Notes: generated by a model from the sequence alone, not told the origin. Shown: positions 27,454 through 37,623, counted from the stretch's first letter. The stretch: 48,899 bases of DNA from Acidimicrobiia bacterium (GCA_009377505.1 WHTX01000003.1:1-48899), one strand, 5' to 3'. A program made the numbers and translations.

Positions 27454-28671
27454 CTACCTGGTGGCGAGCGCCGAAGCCCGCCGCTCTTCGAGCATGCGCT
27501 GGAGCACCGCGGCGAGGCGCTCCGCCGTGCGCTCGACGCGGAAGCGCTCGGCCCGTTCCCGGCCGGTCCGTCCCATGGCCGCCGCTCGCTCGGGCTCGGC
27601 GAACACGTCGGCCACGGTGCCGGCGAGGAGGGCGGCGTCCTGGCGCTCGACGAAGATCGCCGTCTCGCCCCCGACGGCGAACTCCTCGAAGGCAGGGGTG
27701 TGCACGGCCACGACGGGCTTGCCCGCCGCCATGGCCTCGAGCACGGCCATGCCGAAGCCCTCCGAGCGCGACGCGGAGATGAGCCCATCGCTCACGGCGA
27801 GCAGGTCGGCCACGTCGCCCCTGTGCCCGAGGAGCGTGACCCGGTCGGCCACCCCCTCGGCTTCCACGAGCTGTTCGAGCATGGCCCGGTTGGGGCCCTC
27901 GCCGACGAGGAGCAGGTGGGCCTCGGGGAGACGCTGGCGCAGCAGGCCCATCATGGGCACGAGCTCCTGCTGGCCCTTGAGGTCGATGAGCATGCCGACG
28001 CACAGCAGCAGCGGTCGCCGGCCCTGCACCCCGAGTGACCGGCGCAACGTCGCCGCCTGCTCTGGTCCGAGGGCGGAGCGGTAGAAGGCGTCGGGCAGGC
28101 CCGGGGGCACGAGGTCGAAGTCGGCCCCAGCCAGGCGGAGGTGGTCGGCGAAGCTGGCCGTCACCGACGCCGAGAGGGCCAGGCGCGCCGCGGTCCGGCG
28201 GATCGAGCACCAGTTCCACGGGTACAGGGCGAGCCGCTTGGCCCAGGCGAGCTCACGCCCCCGGGGCGGGGGAAAGCCCAGCAGCGGGATGGCCACCGAC
28301 ATGAACCACACCGCCACCGGGACGCGGCGGATCTCACCGGCGAGCTGGGCATAGGCGCGGTCGAGCGGAGTGTTGAGCGAGCAGATCGCCTGCACGCGCT
28401 CCCGCCCCAGGATGCGAACCATGCTCGCTACCGTGGCGGGGTGACCACTCAGAGAAGCCTTGCCGTGGGGCAAGCCGAGGACGTGGCAGGGGATGCCCGC
28501 CTCCTCGTAGCGGCCGAGCATCGGCCCGTCGCGCAGCGCGACCACCACCGGCACGAGCTCGGACTGCACCTCGCGCAGGGCGACGAGCGTGCGCAGCAGG
28601 ATCGTCTGGCCGCCGCCGATGTCGAGGTCAGGAAGCGTGAAGGCCACCGTGGTCGGCTGGTCGGCTCGCAT
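27454..28671 (-). CDS. Glycosyltransferase family 4 (GT-B)
   Basis: IGGGQ, KGQ, VGEGP, SRSEGFGMAVLEAMAAGKPVV; GGAGG RBS. Confidence 0.93.
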   Translation of the reverse strand: MRADQPTTVAFTLPDLDIGGGQTILLRTLVALREVQSELVPVVVALRDGPMLGRYEEAGIPCHVLGLPHGKASLSGHPATVASMVRILGRERVQAICSLNTPLDRAYAQLAGEIRRVPVAVWFMSVAIPLLGFPPPRGRELAWAKRLALYPWNWCSIRRTAARLALSASVTASFADHLRLAGADFDLVPPGLPDAFYRSALGPEQAATLRRSLGVQGRRPLLLCVGMLIDLKGQQELVPMMGLLRQRLPEAHLLLVGEGPNRAMLEQLVEAEGVADRVTLLGHRGDVADLLAVSDGLISASRSEGFGMAVLEAMAAGKPVVAVHTPAFEEFAVGGETAIFVERQDAALLAGTVADVFAEPERAAAMGRTGRERAERFRVERTAERLAAVLQRMLEERRASALATR

Positions 28672-28760
28672 GTGTCCTCCTGGTTGGACCGATCGGCCCG
28701 GTGTGGTCTCGGCAGGGCCCGGCGTACGTTCCCGGCTCCCGCCAGACACGAGGGGCCAAG

Positions 28761-29663
28761 GTGAGCGCTCGTCCGACCATCAGCATCGGCGTGCCGGTGT
28801 ACAACGGTGAGAACTTCCTCGAGGACGCGCTGCGGTCGTTGCAGGGCCAGAGCTTCGAGGACTTCGAGGTCGTCGTCTCCGACAACGCCTCCACCGACGC
28901 CACCGGTGACATCGCCGCCCGCTTCGCCGCCGAGGACCCACGGTTCCGGTACCTGCGCAACGAACGCAACCTCGGCGCCAACCCCAACTACAACCGGACC
29001 TTCGCCCTGGCCCGCGGCGAGTACTTCCGGTGGCACGCCCACGACGACGTCTGCGAGCCCAAGTACCTCGAGCGCTGCCACGACGTGCTCGCCGCCGACC
29101 GCACCGCCGTGCTCGTGCACACCCGCACCAGCTACATCGACCGCAACGGCGACCCGCTCGTGCCCATGTCCCGGGGCTTCCTCGACCCCGACGGGTACAT
29201 CGAGCGCCTCGGCACCGACGAGGGCGCGCCCGCCCTGCTCGGCGACGCCCGGCCCCACGTGCGCCTCGACGCCATCGTGAACCGGCTGTCGGTCTTCTTC
29301 GACGTGTTCGGCCTCGCCCGCGTCGAGGACCTGCGCCGCACGCTCCTGCTGCCGAGCTACTACGGCGCCGACAAGGTGTTCCTCGCCGAGCTGGCGGTGC
29401 AGGGCCGCCTCGTCCGCCTCGACGAGCCGGGCTTCAGCCGCCGCTGCCACGCCAGCGCCTCCACCCGCAGCGCCAGCCTCAAGGACCTGGCCAAGTGGTC
29501 GGACGCCGCGCAGTCCGGTGCCGCCCTCTACCCGGCGCTGATGGTGCGGGGCTACCTCGGCGCCATCCGCAACGCCGACCTCCGACCTGGCGAGCGCCGG
29601 CGTTGCTACGCGGTGGTGGCCAAGCGGGCTGCCAACCCCTACAAGCTGCTCCGCGGCCGCTGA
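28761..29663 (+). CDS. Glycosyltransferase family 2 (paralog of 21078-21986)
   Basis: ISIGVPVYNGE, SDNASTDAT, YFRWHAHDD, DKVFLAEL. Confidence 0.92.
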   Translation: MSARPTISIGVPVYNGENFLEDALRSLQGQSFEDFEVVVSDNASTDATGDIAARFAAEDPRFRYLRNERNLGANPNYNRTFALARGEYFRWHAHDDVCEPKYLERCHDVLAADRTAVLVHTRTSYIDRNGDPLVPMSRGFLDPDGYIERLGTDEGAPALLGDARPHVRLDAIVNRLSVFFDVFGLARVEDLRRTLLLPSYYGADKVFLAELAVQGRLVRLDEPGFSRRCHASASTRSASLKDLAKWSDAAQSGAALYPALMVRGYLGAIRNADLRPGERRRCYAVVAKRAANPYKLLRGR

Positions 29664-29675
29664 GCCGGCGCAGTC

Positions 29676-31882
29676 GTGCGACGTCGAACCGCCGCGCTCG
29701 CGGCCGCGGTGCTCGTCGCCGGCTGCGGCATCGGCACCGTCTCCCGCAGCGCCCCCACGCCCGGGGCCCGCGACCTCGCCCCCGCCCCCGCCCGCGAGTC
29801 AGCCGCAGCCGCCGTGCCGGCCACGGCGCGGGAAGCCCCCGTGCCCGACGTCGCCCCCCTCGAGTGGGCGCCGCTCGGCGAGCCCGGGGTCGGTGGACGC
29901 GTCACCGACGTGGCCGTCGACCCCCACCGCCCCGGCCACCTCCTCGTCGGCGGCGACCTGATCGGGGTCGGGCGCTCGACGGACGCCGGGGCGACGTGGC
30001 TGCCCACGACGGGCCTGACCAACCCCGAGGTCGGTCGGTTCACCTTCCACCCCACGAGGGAGGGCGAGGTCTGGGTAGGCACGATGGGCGGCCCGTTCGT
30101 GTCCCTCGACGGCGGCTCGACCTGGCAGGAGCGGCGCACGGGCTTCCCCGAGGTCCAGGTCGAGTACTACTCGTCGACCCGGCGAGCCCCGACCACCTGC
30201 TGGCCATCGGTGGTTCGCACCGCGAGTGGACGGCCTACGGCGACCCGGCCTGGGGCGCGGTGTGGGACTCGCACGACGGCGGCCAGACGTGGGCGCGGAT
30301 CGCCACCGTCGCTGGGGGTACCAACCTCGTCGACGGCATCTGGCTGGCCGACGGGGCCCTCCTCACGGCCGCGCTGGGCCAGGGCGTGTGGCGCTCGGAG
30401 GACGGCGGCCGGAGCTGGTTCCCCGCCGCTGCGGGCCTCCCGGCCGACATCCGCGCCCTGGCCAGCCATCCGTCTCGCCCGGGGACGATCTGGGCGGCTG
30501 CCGGCTCGCTCGGCGGGGACGGCGGGGCGACGCCCGGGGGCGTCTGGCGCTCGGATGACGGCGGCCGGAGCTGGTCGGCGTCCTCGGCCGGGCTCGATGC
30601 CAGCACCAGCGTGGACGGCAGCGCCGACCACACCGCCCGCTACCACGCCATCGCCGTGGCCCTCTCCGACCCAGCGGTGCTGATGACCTCGAACGTGGCC
30701 TTCGGCGGCGAGTCGGTCCACCGCTCGGTCGACGGTGGCACGACGTGGACCGAGGTGCTCGACGACGGCGCCTTCCGGCGCCCGGTGACGGCCTACTCGA
30801 CGCCGGTCGGGGCCGAGGCGATCGCCATCGACCCCTCCAACGCATCGCGCGCCATCCTCGGCAACGCCGAGTACCTGCTCGCCACGGCAGACGCCGGTGC
30901 GACCTGGGACGACCTCACCTCCGACCTGCGAGCTGACGGCACCTTCTCCGGCCGGGGCTACTCCGGCCTCGTGGCCAACCGTGTGGTGATCGACCCCGCC
31001 CGCCCCGAGACGGTGGTGCTCTGCGGGTTCGACGGCGCCAACCCCCTCGTCTCGATCGACGGGGGGCGGGGCTGGCGTCGCCCCCTCACCTCCTGGGACC
31101 GCTGGGGCGGCTGTCACGATGCCAGCCCGGCGAGCGACGGCGGCGGCTGGTGGGCGCTGCTCGGCCAGGCGGGCACGTTCAACGGCGTCGCCTGGTTCGA
31201 GCCCCGCAGCGGCCAGTGGCGAGGCTTCACCGGTTCCGGCCTGCCGGAACGGGGCAGCTACGTCGGTGACCTGGGCGCCATCGAGGCGGTGCAGGCTCCC
31301 GACGGCTCCCAGGTGGTCCTGGTCTCGCTCGGCGGCTCCGTGTACCGCTCGGCCGATGAGGGCTCGAGCTGGCAGGCGATCACGAACGTGCCCGCGGCGA
31401 CCGACCTCGAGGACGACCCCGGACGGCCCGGCCTGGTCCACGTCGCCACCACTGTCGGGGTGTGGTCGAGCGCCGACGCTGGCCTGCACTTCGCCCACCT
31501 GCCAGGTTCGCCCTCCGGGGCGACGCGCCTCGCCGTCACTGGCGGCGCGCTCTACGCCGTCGGCTTCCGCCAGGGCGACGCCGGCCTCCACCGGCGCACC
31601 CCCACGGGCGCCTGGGAGCGGCTGCTCGCCGATCCGCTCGTCGCCGACGTCGCCGCCGACCCCCGCGACCCCGCCCACCTCGTCGCCGTCGTGAACGACC
31701 ACCCCTACCACGATCGCATCGCCTCGGCCGGTGTGCTGCGCAGCCTCGACGGCGGGGCCACCTGGGCCCCCGAAGTGGAAGGCCTGCCCCTGACCCGCGT
31801 CGCCGCGGTGGCCTTCGACCCGGAACGCCCCGCACGGGTGATCGTGGGCACCTTCGGCCGGGGCTACTTCGTCGCCGGCTGA
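29676..31882 (+). CDS. Lipoprotein with about 11 Asp-box (BNR) repeats, a GH74/VPS10-like beta-propeller; frameshift near 30170-30180
   Basis: Lipobox LVAGC; GEPGVGG; repeated S/TxDxGxxW motifs (STDAGATW, SLDGGSTW, SHDGGQTW, SEDGGRSW, SDDGGRSW, SVDGGTTW…); C-terminal GTFGRG. Encoded in two frames. Confidence 0.82.
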
Positions 31883-31990
31883 CGGTTCGGCGCAGGGGGC
31901 GGGCGCGCCCGGCCCGCCCCTGCTGGCGCCCGGGTCGAACACCGTCCCTGCCCGGGTGGACGGCCCGACCTGCACCTCTACGCTGGGCCG

Positions 31991-33049
31991 GTGGCTGGGA
32001 ACCAGACGATCTCGCAGGCCCGTGACGCTCTCGAGGTGGCGAGGGCGGCGGGCGACCGCTCCGGCGAGTGCCAGGCGCTGCTCGACCTCGGCCGAGGCTA
32101 CGCCGCCGCCGGGCTGACGGTGGACGCCGCCAGCGCCTTCGAGGACGCGGCGCGCACCGCCCGTGCCATCGACGAGCCCGCCTTGCTGGCCAAGTCGCTG
32201 GCCAACGCCGGGTCCCAGCTCCACGCCTCGGGCCAGCACGAGGATGCCCTGGCGCTGTCCCGGGAGGGGGTGGCCGAGTTCCGCCGCCTCGGCGACCGGA
32301 CGGGCGAGCTGCGCACGCTCACCAATTGCGCCGTGATAGAGCAGGCCATGGGCCGGCTCGACCAGGCCAGCTCCACCGCCGACCAGGCCCTCGCCCTCGC
32401 CCGTGAGGTCGACGACCGGGGCCTGCTCCCGGCGTTGCTCGGGCTCGCCGCCGACCTCCACGTCGCCCAGGGCCGCCTCGAGGCGGCCCGAACCGCCCGC
32501 CAGCAGGCCGTCCAGGCAGCCAGGCGGAGCGGCGACGAGGCCCTGATCGGCACCCAGCTCGAAGGCCTCGGCGAGGTGCTGCTCGGGCAGTCGGCCTTCG
32601 ACGAGGCCGTGCGCGCCTACTTCGAGGCCTCCGAGGTCCACCGCCGCCGGGGCGACCTGGCCAGCCGGTACCGCTCGGTGCTCCAACTCGGCCTCATCTA
32701 CCAGCACCAGGAGCGGTGGGCGGAAGCCCGCAGCGCGCTCGGCGAGTCCCTCGAGCTCTGCGGTCGCCTCGGTGACGGCGTACGCCGGCCCTTCATCCAG
32801 GCGAGCCTGGCGAGCGCCCACCTGTGCCTGCAGGAGTGGGAGCCGGCGCGCCAGCTCGCCGGTGAAGCGGTCGAAGGCTATCGGGGCAGCGACCCCGTGG
32901 GCACGGGGCGGGCGCTGGTCTCGGTCGGCCAGGCGCTCCTAGGCCTGGGGCGGGCCGAGGAGGCCAACGTCGCCCTCGAGGAAGCCCGGGGCCTGCTGGC
33001 CGAGCGCGACCCGGGCGGGGCCGAAGTGGCCCAGAGCCTCCTGCGCTGA
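31991..33049 (+). CDS. Tetratricopeptide repeat protein
   Basis: Repeated helical units (ALALSREGVAEFRRLGDRTGE…, ALALAREVDDR…); TACGCT -10 6 nt before GTG. Confidence 0.85.
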   Translation: MAGNQTISQARDALEVARAAGDRSGECQALLDLGRGYAAAGLTVDAASAFEDAARTARAIDEPALLAKSLANAGSQLHASGQHEDALALSREGVAEFRRLGDRTGELRTLTNCAVIEQAMGRLDQASSTADQALALAREVDDRGLLPALLGLAADLHVAQGRLEAARTARQQAVQAARRSGDEALIGTQLEGLGEVLLGQSAFDEAVRAYFEASEVHRRRGDLASRYRSVLQLGLIYQHQERWAEARSALGESLELCGRLGDGVRRPFIQASLASAHLCLQEWEPARQLAGEAVEGYRGSDPVGTGRALVSVGQALLGLGRAEEANVALEEARGLLAERDPGGAEVAQSLLR

Positions 33050-33102
33050 AGCTCGCCCGCAGCGCGCCCTGTGCCGGCTGCACCGGTGGGCAGCCCGTGG
33101 GC

Positions 33103-33609
33103 TCAGACCTCGGGCAGGATGCTGCTCGGCTGCTCCTCGTCGGGGAGCTTGCTGCCGGGCAGGCGCAGACGGGAGAACTCGAGCACGATCTCGACGGGCG
33201 GGTCGGGGTCGTCGGCGGTGACCTCGCCGGGCTCGACGTCCACGACCAGCGTGCGGCCCAGCCTGGTCCACACGCCGAGCAGGCCGCCGTTGCTCAGCTC
33301 CTGGGGCTCCTGGTCGACCTGCCAGCCGCCGGCCTCGAGGAGGGGCGTGTAGAAGGCCATCACCGCCGCGGCGTCGGGCAGGGGGGTCTCGAGGGTCACG
33401 GTCTGGAGCAGCGTGCGCTCCCCCGTCGCCTCCTCGAGCACCGTCGACTCGGGCGGGAAGGGCACGTCGTCGAACCTGACCTCGATGAAGCGCTCGCCGC
33501 CGATGTGGGGCTGGCTGATCGGGTCGACGTCCTGGCCGCAGCCGGCGAGGCCCAGCACGGCGGCCGTTCCCAGGATCGCCACCGCGACGCGCACCTGCTT
33601 CCGCTTCAT
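33103..33609 (-). CDS. Hypothetical lipoprotein
   Basis: Basic N-terminus, hydrophobic stretch and LAGC lipobox; VMAFY…L…GGW motif. Confidence 0.78.
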   Translation of the reverse strand: MKRKQVRVAVAILGTAAVLGLAGCGQDVDPISQPHIGGERFIEVRFDDVPFPPESTVLEEATGERTLLQTVTLETPLPDAAAVMAFYTPLLEAGGWQVDQEPQELSNGGLLGVWTRLGRTLVVDVEPGEVTADDPDPPVEIVLEFSRLRLPGSKLPDEEQPSSILPEV

Positions 33610-33649
33610 CGAGCGTGCAGCGTAGTGAGGTCGGCGCGGCGACGGGAAC

Positions 33650-34864
33650 TCACGGCCGGCGGCTCACCAGCACGCCCGCCGCCTCGAGGCGGTCGAGGTC
33701 CTCGGCGCCCAGGCCGAGCACCCGGGCGAGGACCTCCCGGTTGTGCTCGCCCTGGTAGGCGGGGCGGCCGCGGACGCCCACGTCGAGGCCGGAGAAGCGC
33801 AGGGGGGAGAAGGGCAGCAGGACGTCCCCGCCCGCCCCGTCGGCGACGGGGGCGAAGGCGCCGCGGGCCACGGCCCAGTCCTCCGCCGGGAGGTCGCCGA
33901 GGCGCTTGACCGCGCCGACGGCCACCCGTTCGCGGCCGACGAAGGCCTCGAAGGCGGGGAGGTCCGGGAACGACACGGCCCATTCCCGCACGATCTCGTC
34001 GATCTCCTCGATGTGGGACGCGCGCTCGTCGAGCGTGGTGAACCCGGGCTTCTCGAGGAGGTCGTCCCGTCCCATCAGGCGGCACATGGTGGGGAACGTG
34101 GCCGCCGGGTTGCCGGGCAGCTGGACGTGGGAGCCGTCGGCGAGGCGCACGATCGTGGCCCGTGCGGGGTTCACGATCGGGACCTCGTCGCCAGGCCCGC
34201 CGTTGGCCTCGATGGCGCTCCACTCCATGTGGGCCAGCATGGTCTCGGCCATGGAGACGTCGATGTGCTGGCCCTCACCCGTCCGCTCCCGCCAGAACAG
34301 GGCGGCGAGGACGGCGGACGTGGCCTGGGAGGCCACGGCGAAGTCGGCGTGGGACACCGGTTCGGGCATGGGGTCGATGCCCCGGGCCCGGGCGGCGAGG
34401 TCGAGCAGCCCGGCCTCGGCGTGCACGACCGGGGCGTAGGCCCGCCGCTGGGCCGCGGGGCCGTCCTGGCCGTAGCCCGAGATGGAGCAATAGACCAGTT
34501 CGGGCCGTTCGGCGCGCAGCTCGTCGGGCCCGAGGCCGAGGCGGGCCATCACCCCGGGACGGAAGTTCTCCACCACCACGTCGCTCGACAGGGCCAGCTC
34601 GCGGGCGATGCGGCGGCCCTCGGCCTGGCCGAGGTCGACGCAGATGCAGGACTTCCCGCAGTTGACCTGGCTGAAGTAGATTGAGATACCGGCACGGCGG
34701 GGCTTGATCTTGCGGGTCAGGTCGCCCTCGGGCGGCTCCAGCTTGATGACCTCGGCCCCGAGGTCGGCCAGCCAGCGCGTGCAGGCCGGCCCGGCCACCA
34801 CGCGACTGAAGTCGGCGATGCGCAGGCCCTCGAGCGGCCGTGGACGGTTGCCCAGTTCCCCCAT
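33650..34864 (-). CDS. Family III CoA-transferase (CaiB/BaiF), 404 aa; paralog of 258-1472
   Basis: PLEGLRIADFSRVVAGP, LADLGAEVIKLEPPEGD, ENFRPG, SGYGQDG, SHADF; TACCGT -10 upstream. Confidence 0.93.
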   Translation of the reverse strand: MGELGNRPRPLEGLRIADFSRVVAGPACTRWLADLGAEVIKLEPPEGDLTRKIKPRRAGISIYFSQVNCGKSCICVDLGQAEGRRIARELALSSDVVVENFRPGVMARLGLGPDELRAERPELVYCSISGYGQDGPAAQRRAYAPVVHAEAGLLDLAARARGIDPMPEPVSHADFAVASQATSAVLAALFWRERTGEGQHIDVSMAETMLAHMEWSAIEANGGPGDEVPIVNPARATIVRLADGSHVQLPGNPAATFPTMCRLMGRDDLLEKPGFTTLDERASHIEEIDEIVREWAVSFPDLPAFEAFVGRERVAVGAVKRLGDLPAEDWAVARGAFAPVADGAGGDVLLPFSPLRFSGLDVGVRGRPAYQGEHNREVLARVLGLGAEDLDRLEAAGVLVSRRP

Positions 34865-34906
34865 GGCGGCGCACGGTAGCCGAGCGCCGTGGCAGGCTTG
34901 CCGCCC

Positions 34907-35530
34907 ATGGCAGGCCTGCCCGTCGACCACATCGTCTACGCCGCCCGCGACCTCCCCGCCGCCGTCGAGGACCTCGCGGCTCAGCTCGGGGTGCGGGCAG
35001 CGCCAGGAGGCCAGCACGTCGGCCGGGGTACCCGCAACTTCCTGCTGTCCTTGGGCGACGGGCCCTACCTCGAGGTCATCGGGCCCGACCCGGACCAGCC
35101 CGAGCCGCCAGCGGCGCGACCCTTCGGCGTCGACACCCTCGCCGCCGACCACCTCGTCGGCTTCGCCGTGAAGTGCGCCGACATCCCAGGCGCCGTCGCC
35201 CGGTCGCGGGCCGGCGGCTACGACCCCGGCGACGAGCACGAGATGGCCCGGGCGACGCCGGACGGCGCGCTGCTCGAGTGGAAGCTCACGCTCGGGCCCG
35301 GGTTCGACGGGCTCGTCCCCTTCCTCATCGACTGGATGGCGACGCCGCACCCCTCGGCCACGAACCCCGGCGGGGCGACGCTCGTGGGGCTGCGGGGCGA
35401 GCACCCGGAGCCCGCCGGGGTGCGCGCCGCCCTCGACGCCCTCGGGGTCGAGCTCGACGTCGCCGAAGGGCCGGCACCAGCGCTGGTGGCCACCCTCGAC
35501 ACACCGAGGGGGCGGGTCGAGCTGCGCTGA
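34907..35530 (+). CDS. VOC/glyoxalase-like domain protein
   Basis: VDHIVYA, GGQHVGRGTRN, YLEVIGPDP, RATPDG…W, VPFLIDW…HP. An alternative GTG at 34889 arises from an 18-bp duplication. Confidence 0.9.
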   Translation: MAGLPVDHIVYAARDLPAAVEDLAAQLGVRAAPGGQHVGRGTRNFLLSLGDGPYLEVIGPDPDQPEPPAARPFGVDTLAADHLVGFAVKCADIPGAVARSRAGGYDPGDEHEMARATPDGALLEWKLTLGPGFDGLVPFLIDWMATPHPSATNPGGATLVGLRGEHPEPAGVRAALDALGVELDVAEGPAPALVATLDTPRGRVELR

Positions 35531-35612
35531 GGGCGCGCGCGAGGGGGCCGGCCCTGCAGGCTGCCCCAACGCGTGCCGGCCGGGGCGGCCAGCGCTGCGT
35601 AACATCACCGTC

Positions 35613-35672
35613 ATGCGCACGGGCGTGTTCCTCTTCGGGGGCGTCGAGCACGTCCGGCCGCTGCTCGGATGA
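35613..35672 (+). pseudogene. 19-aa leaderless mini-ORF (MRTGVFLFGGVEHVRPLLG), probably an internally deleted LLM oxidoreductase relic
   Basis: TAACAT -10 at 35600-35605, ATG 7 nt later; the stop overlaps the next start (ATGA); the two halves resemble LLM N- and C-termini. Confidence 0.5.
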
Positions 35673-36427
35673 GGCGCCCGCCCCGAGGGGCCCGTCCGCT
35701 CGTCGCCGTGACGGGACGGCCCACGAAGGCGGGCCAACCGTGGCGCGCTCGGGGCTTCGGCTCCCAGGCCCGTTATGCCGAAGCGCTCGACCGGGCCGGC
35801 GGCCTCGGCGCCGTGCTGCTGCCCGTGCCCACCTCGCCCGAGGACGCGGCGACAAGGATCGCCCCCTTCGCCGGGCTGCTGCTCAGCGGCGGGCCGGACG
35901 TCGAGCCCTCGCGCTACGGGGCCGAGGCCCACCCCGCCACCTACGGCGTGGACAGCGTGGTCGACAGCTTCGAGGAGGCCCTGCTCGTCGCTGCGCTGGC
36001 TCGCCGTGTGCCCGTCCTCGCCATCTGCCGTGGCCTCCAGGTGCTCAACGTGGCCTTCGGCGGGACCCTCCACCAGCACCTCGACGACGCCGAGCTGCCG
36101 GGCCACCGCGGCGCCCAGCAGGGCGAGGGCGGCAGCGTGGTGGTCGAGGTCGTCGCCGGGTCGCGCCTGGCGGGGGCGCTGGGGACGACGACGCTGCGCT
36201 CGGCCTGTTTCCACCACCAGGCCGTCGACCGCCTCGGTGGCGGCCTCGTCGCGACCGCTCGCTCGGCCGACGGGGTGGTGGAGGGGCTCGAGCTGGTCGA
36301 CGGCGAGGGCTGGCTGGTGGCCGTGCAGTGGCACCCCGAGGAGCTCGCCGCCGAGGGCGGCCCGCACCACGCGCTCTTCGAGGCCTTCGTCGCCGCCTGC
36401 GCCGGCCCTCAACCCCGCTTCGACTAG
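35669..36427 (+). CDS. Gamma-glutamyl-gamma-aminobutyrate hydrolase family (peptidase C26, PuuD-like)
   Basis: LLLSGGPDV, AICRGLQVLNVAFGGTLHQH, HHQAV, VQWHPE. Confidence 0.92.
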   Translation: MRRPPRGARPLVAVTGRPTKAGQPWRARGFGSQARYAEALDRAGGLGAVLLPVPTSPEDAATRIAPFAGLLLSGGPDVEPSRYGAEAHPATYGVDSVVDSFEEALLVAALARRVPVLAICRGLQVLNVAFGGTLHQHLDDAELPGHRGAQQGEGGSVVVEVVAGSRLAGALGTTTLRSACFHHQAVDRLGGGLVATARSADGVVEGLELVDGEGWLVAVQWHPEELAAEGGPHHALFEAFVAACAGPQPRFD

Positions 36428-36904
36428 TTCGAGCTCGATGGGCCCGGTTGGAGCGGCCCGTCGCAGGGGGTGGGTGCTCGGCCCCGGTCTTGGGCATTGC
36501 TCCGGTGGCGAAATGCCCCGTGCGGGCACGGCGTGCCTGTGGGGACGCGGGGGCGCGGCCCGAGCGGGGCCGGGCCGGTGGCCGCGCCCGCCGCGGCCCG
36601 GCGCGCTCTGGGCTGCCCTCCGTGCCAGCCCGCGTCGCAGATGGCAGCGGAGCACGCAGGTCTCCGCCTCCTCGGCTGCCCTCCCTGGTGGCGGGGGGGA
36701 CTCGGGCGGCTCGGTACGGGCCGGCCCTCGGGCGAGCCCGGCCACGCCTGGCGGCACCACCTGACCAGCGCGCCCGCCCGCCATCTCATCACCGGAGCAA
36801 CGGCCATGGACACCGCGAGGTCCCGTGCCTTGCGCGAGGCGGCGGGCCGTCGAGGCAGACACACCGCTCAACCGTCTACCGCTGTAGTTCCAGGCAGGAC
36901 GGCA

Positions 36905-37549
36905 CTAGCCCTGGGGCTCGGCCGCCGGTCCGGCGCCGGCAGGCGAGCGCGGGTCGCGCTCGCCGACCACGCGGGCCGGGCTGCCGACAGCCACGCTGTT
37001 GTCAGGCAGGTCTCGGGTCACGATCGAGCCGGCGCCCACGGCGACGTGGCGGCCGATGCTCACGCCGGGCAGCACGACCACGCCGGTGCCCAGCCACGAA
37101 CCCGCGCCCACGCGGACGGGGGCCTCGAGGGCGGCCTGGCGGCCGATGGGCAGGTCGGGCTCGGCGCGGGAGTGGTTCTGGTCGGTGAGGTAGACGTTCG
37201 GGCCGGTGTACACATCGTCCTCGATGACGATCGACCAGTGGCCGACGATGGTCGAGCCCCGACCGATGACGCAGCGGTCCCCGATGGACACGACGTCGTC
37301 GGACACGAGCGCCTGGCCAGGGACCATGCCGGCGGAGAGGCTGACGAAAGGCCCGATCAGCGTGCCCCGCCCGATGCGGATGCCGGCCTCGCCGTAGAGG
37401 GCCGCCCAGGGGAAGCAGATCAGGCTGCCCTCGCCGAAGGCGGCGAAGCGCCTGGAGCGGCGGGTGGCGTCGGTGATGGACACCGCCACCCCGGCGCTGT
37501 CCCAGACGCGGTGGGCCAGGTCGACGAACGCCGTCCTCGGCCCGCGCAT
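36905..37549 (-). CDS. Hexapeptide-repeat (left-handed beta-helix) acyltransferase
   Basis: IGDRCVIG, IEDDV, DQNH, VRVGAGSWLG…LPGVSIG…VGAGSIVTRD…GSPARV; TACCGT -10 upstream. Confidence 0.9.
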   Translation of the reverse strand: MRGPRTAFVDLAHRVWDSAGVAVSITDATRRSRRFAAFGEGSLICFPWAALYGEAGIRIGRGTLIGPFVSLSAGMVPGQALVSDDVVSIGDRCVIGRGSTIVGHWSIVIEDDVYTGPNVYLTDQNHSRAEPDLPIGRQAALEAPVRVGAGSWLGTGVVVLPGVSIGRHVAVGAGSIVTRDLPDNSVAVGSPARVVGERDPRSPAGAGPAAEPQG

Positions 37550-37589
37550 GAGGCACGGTACCAGCGCGCCTCGCTGGGGTACCCGGCGG

Positions 37590-37623
37590 AAAAAGAGCAC
37601 CGGCGCCCCGAGGGGCGCCGGTG
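37590..37623 (-). terminator. Intrinsic terminator
   Basis: CACCGGCGCCC-CUCG-GGGCGCCGGUG followed by CUCUUUUU on the minus strand. Confidence 0.8.

Noticed and set aside
36428-36904. Gene in the ~480-bp gap between the PuuD-like and acyltransferase genes
   Set aside because: All frames are Arg/Pro/Gly-rich without motifs; it may be decayed sequence. Only a small hairpin and a partial GTAGTTCCA match to the 29-bp motif were seen.
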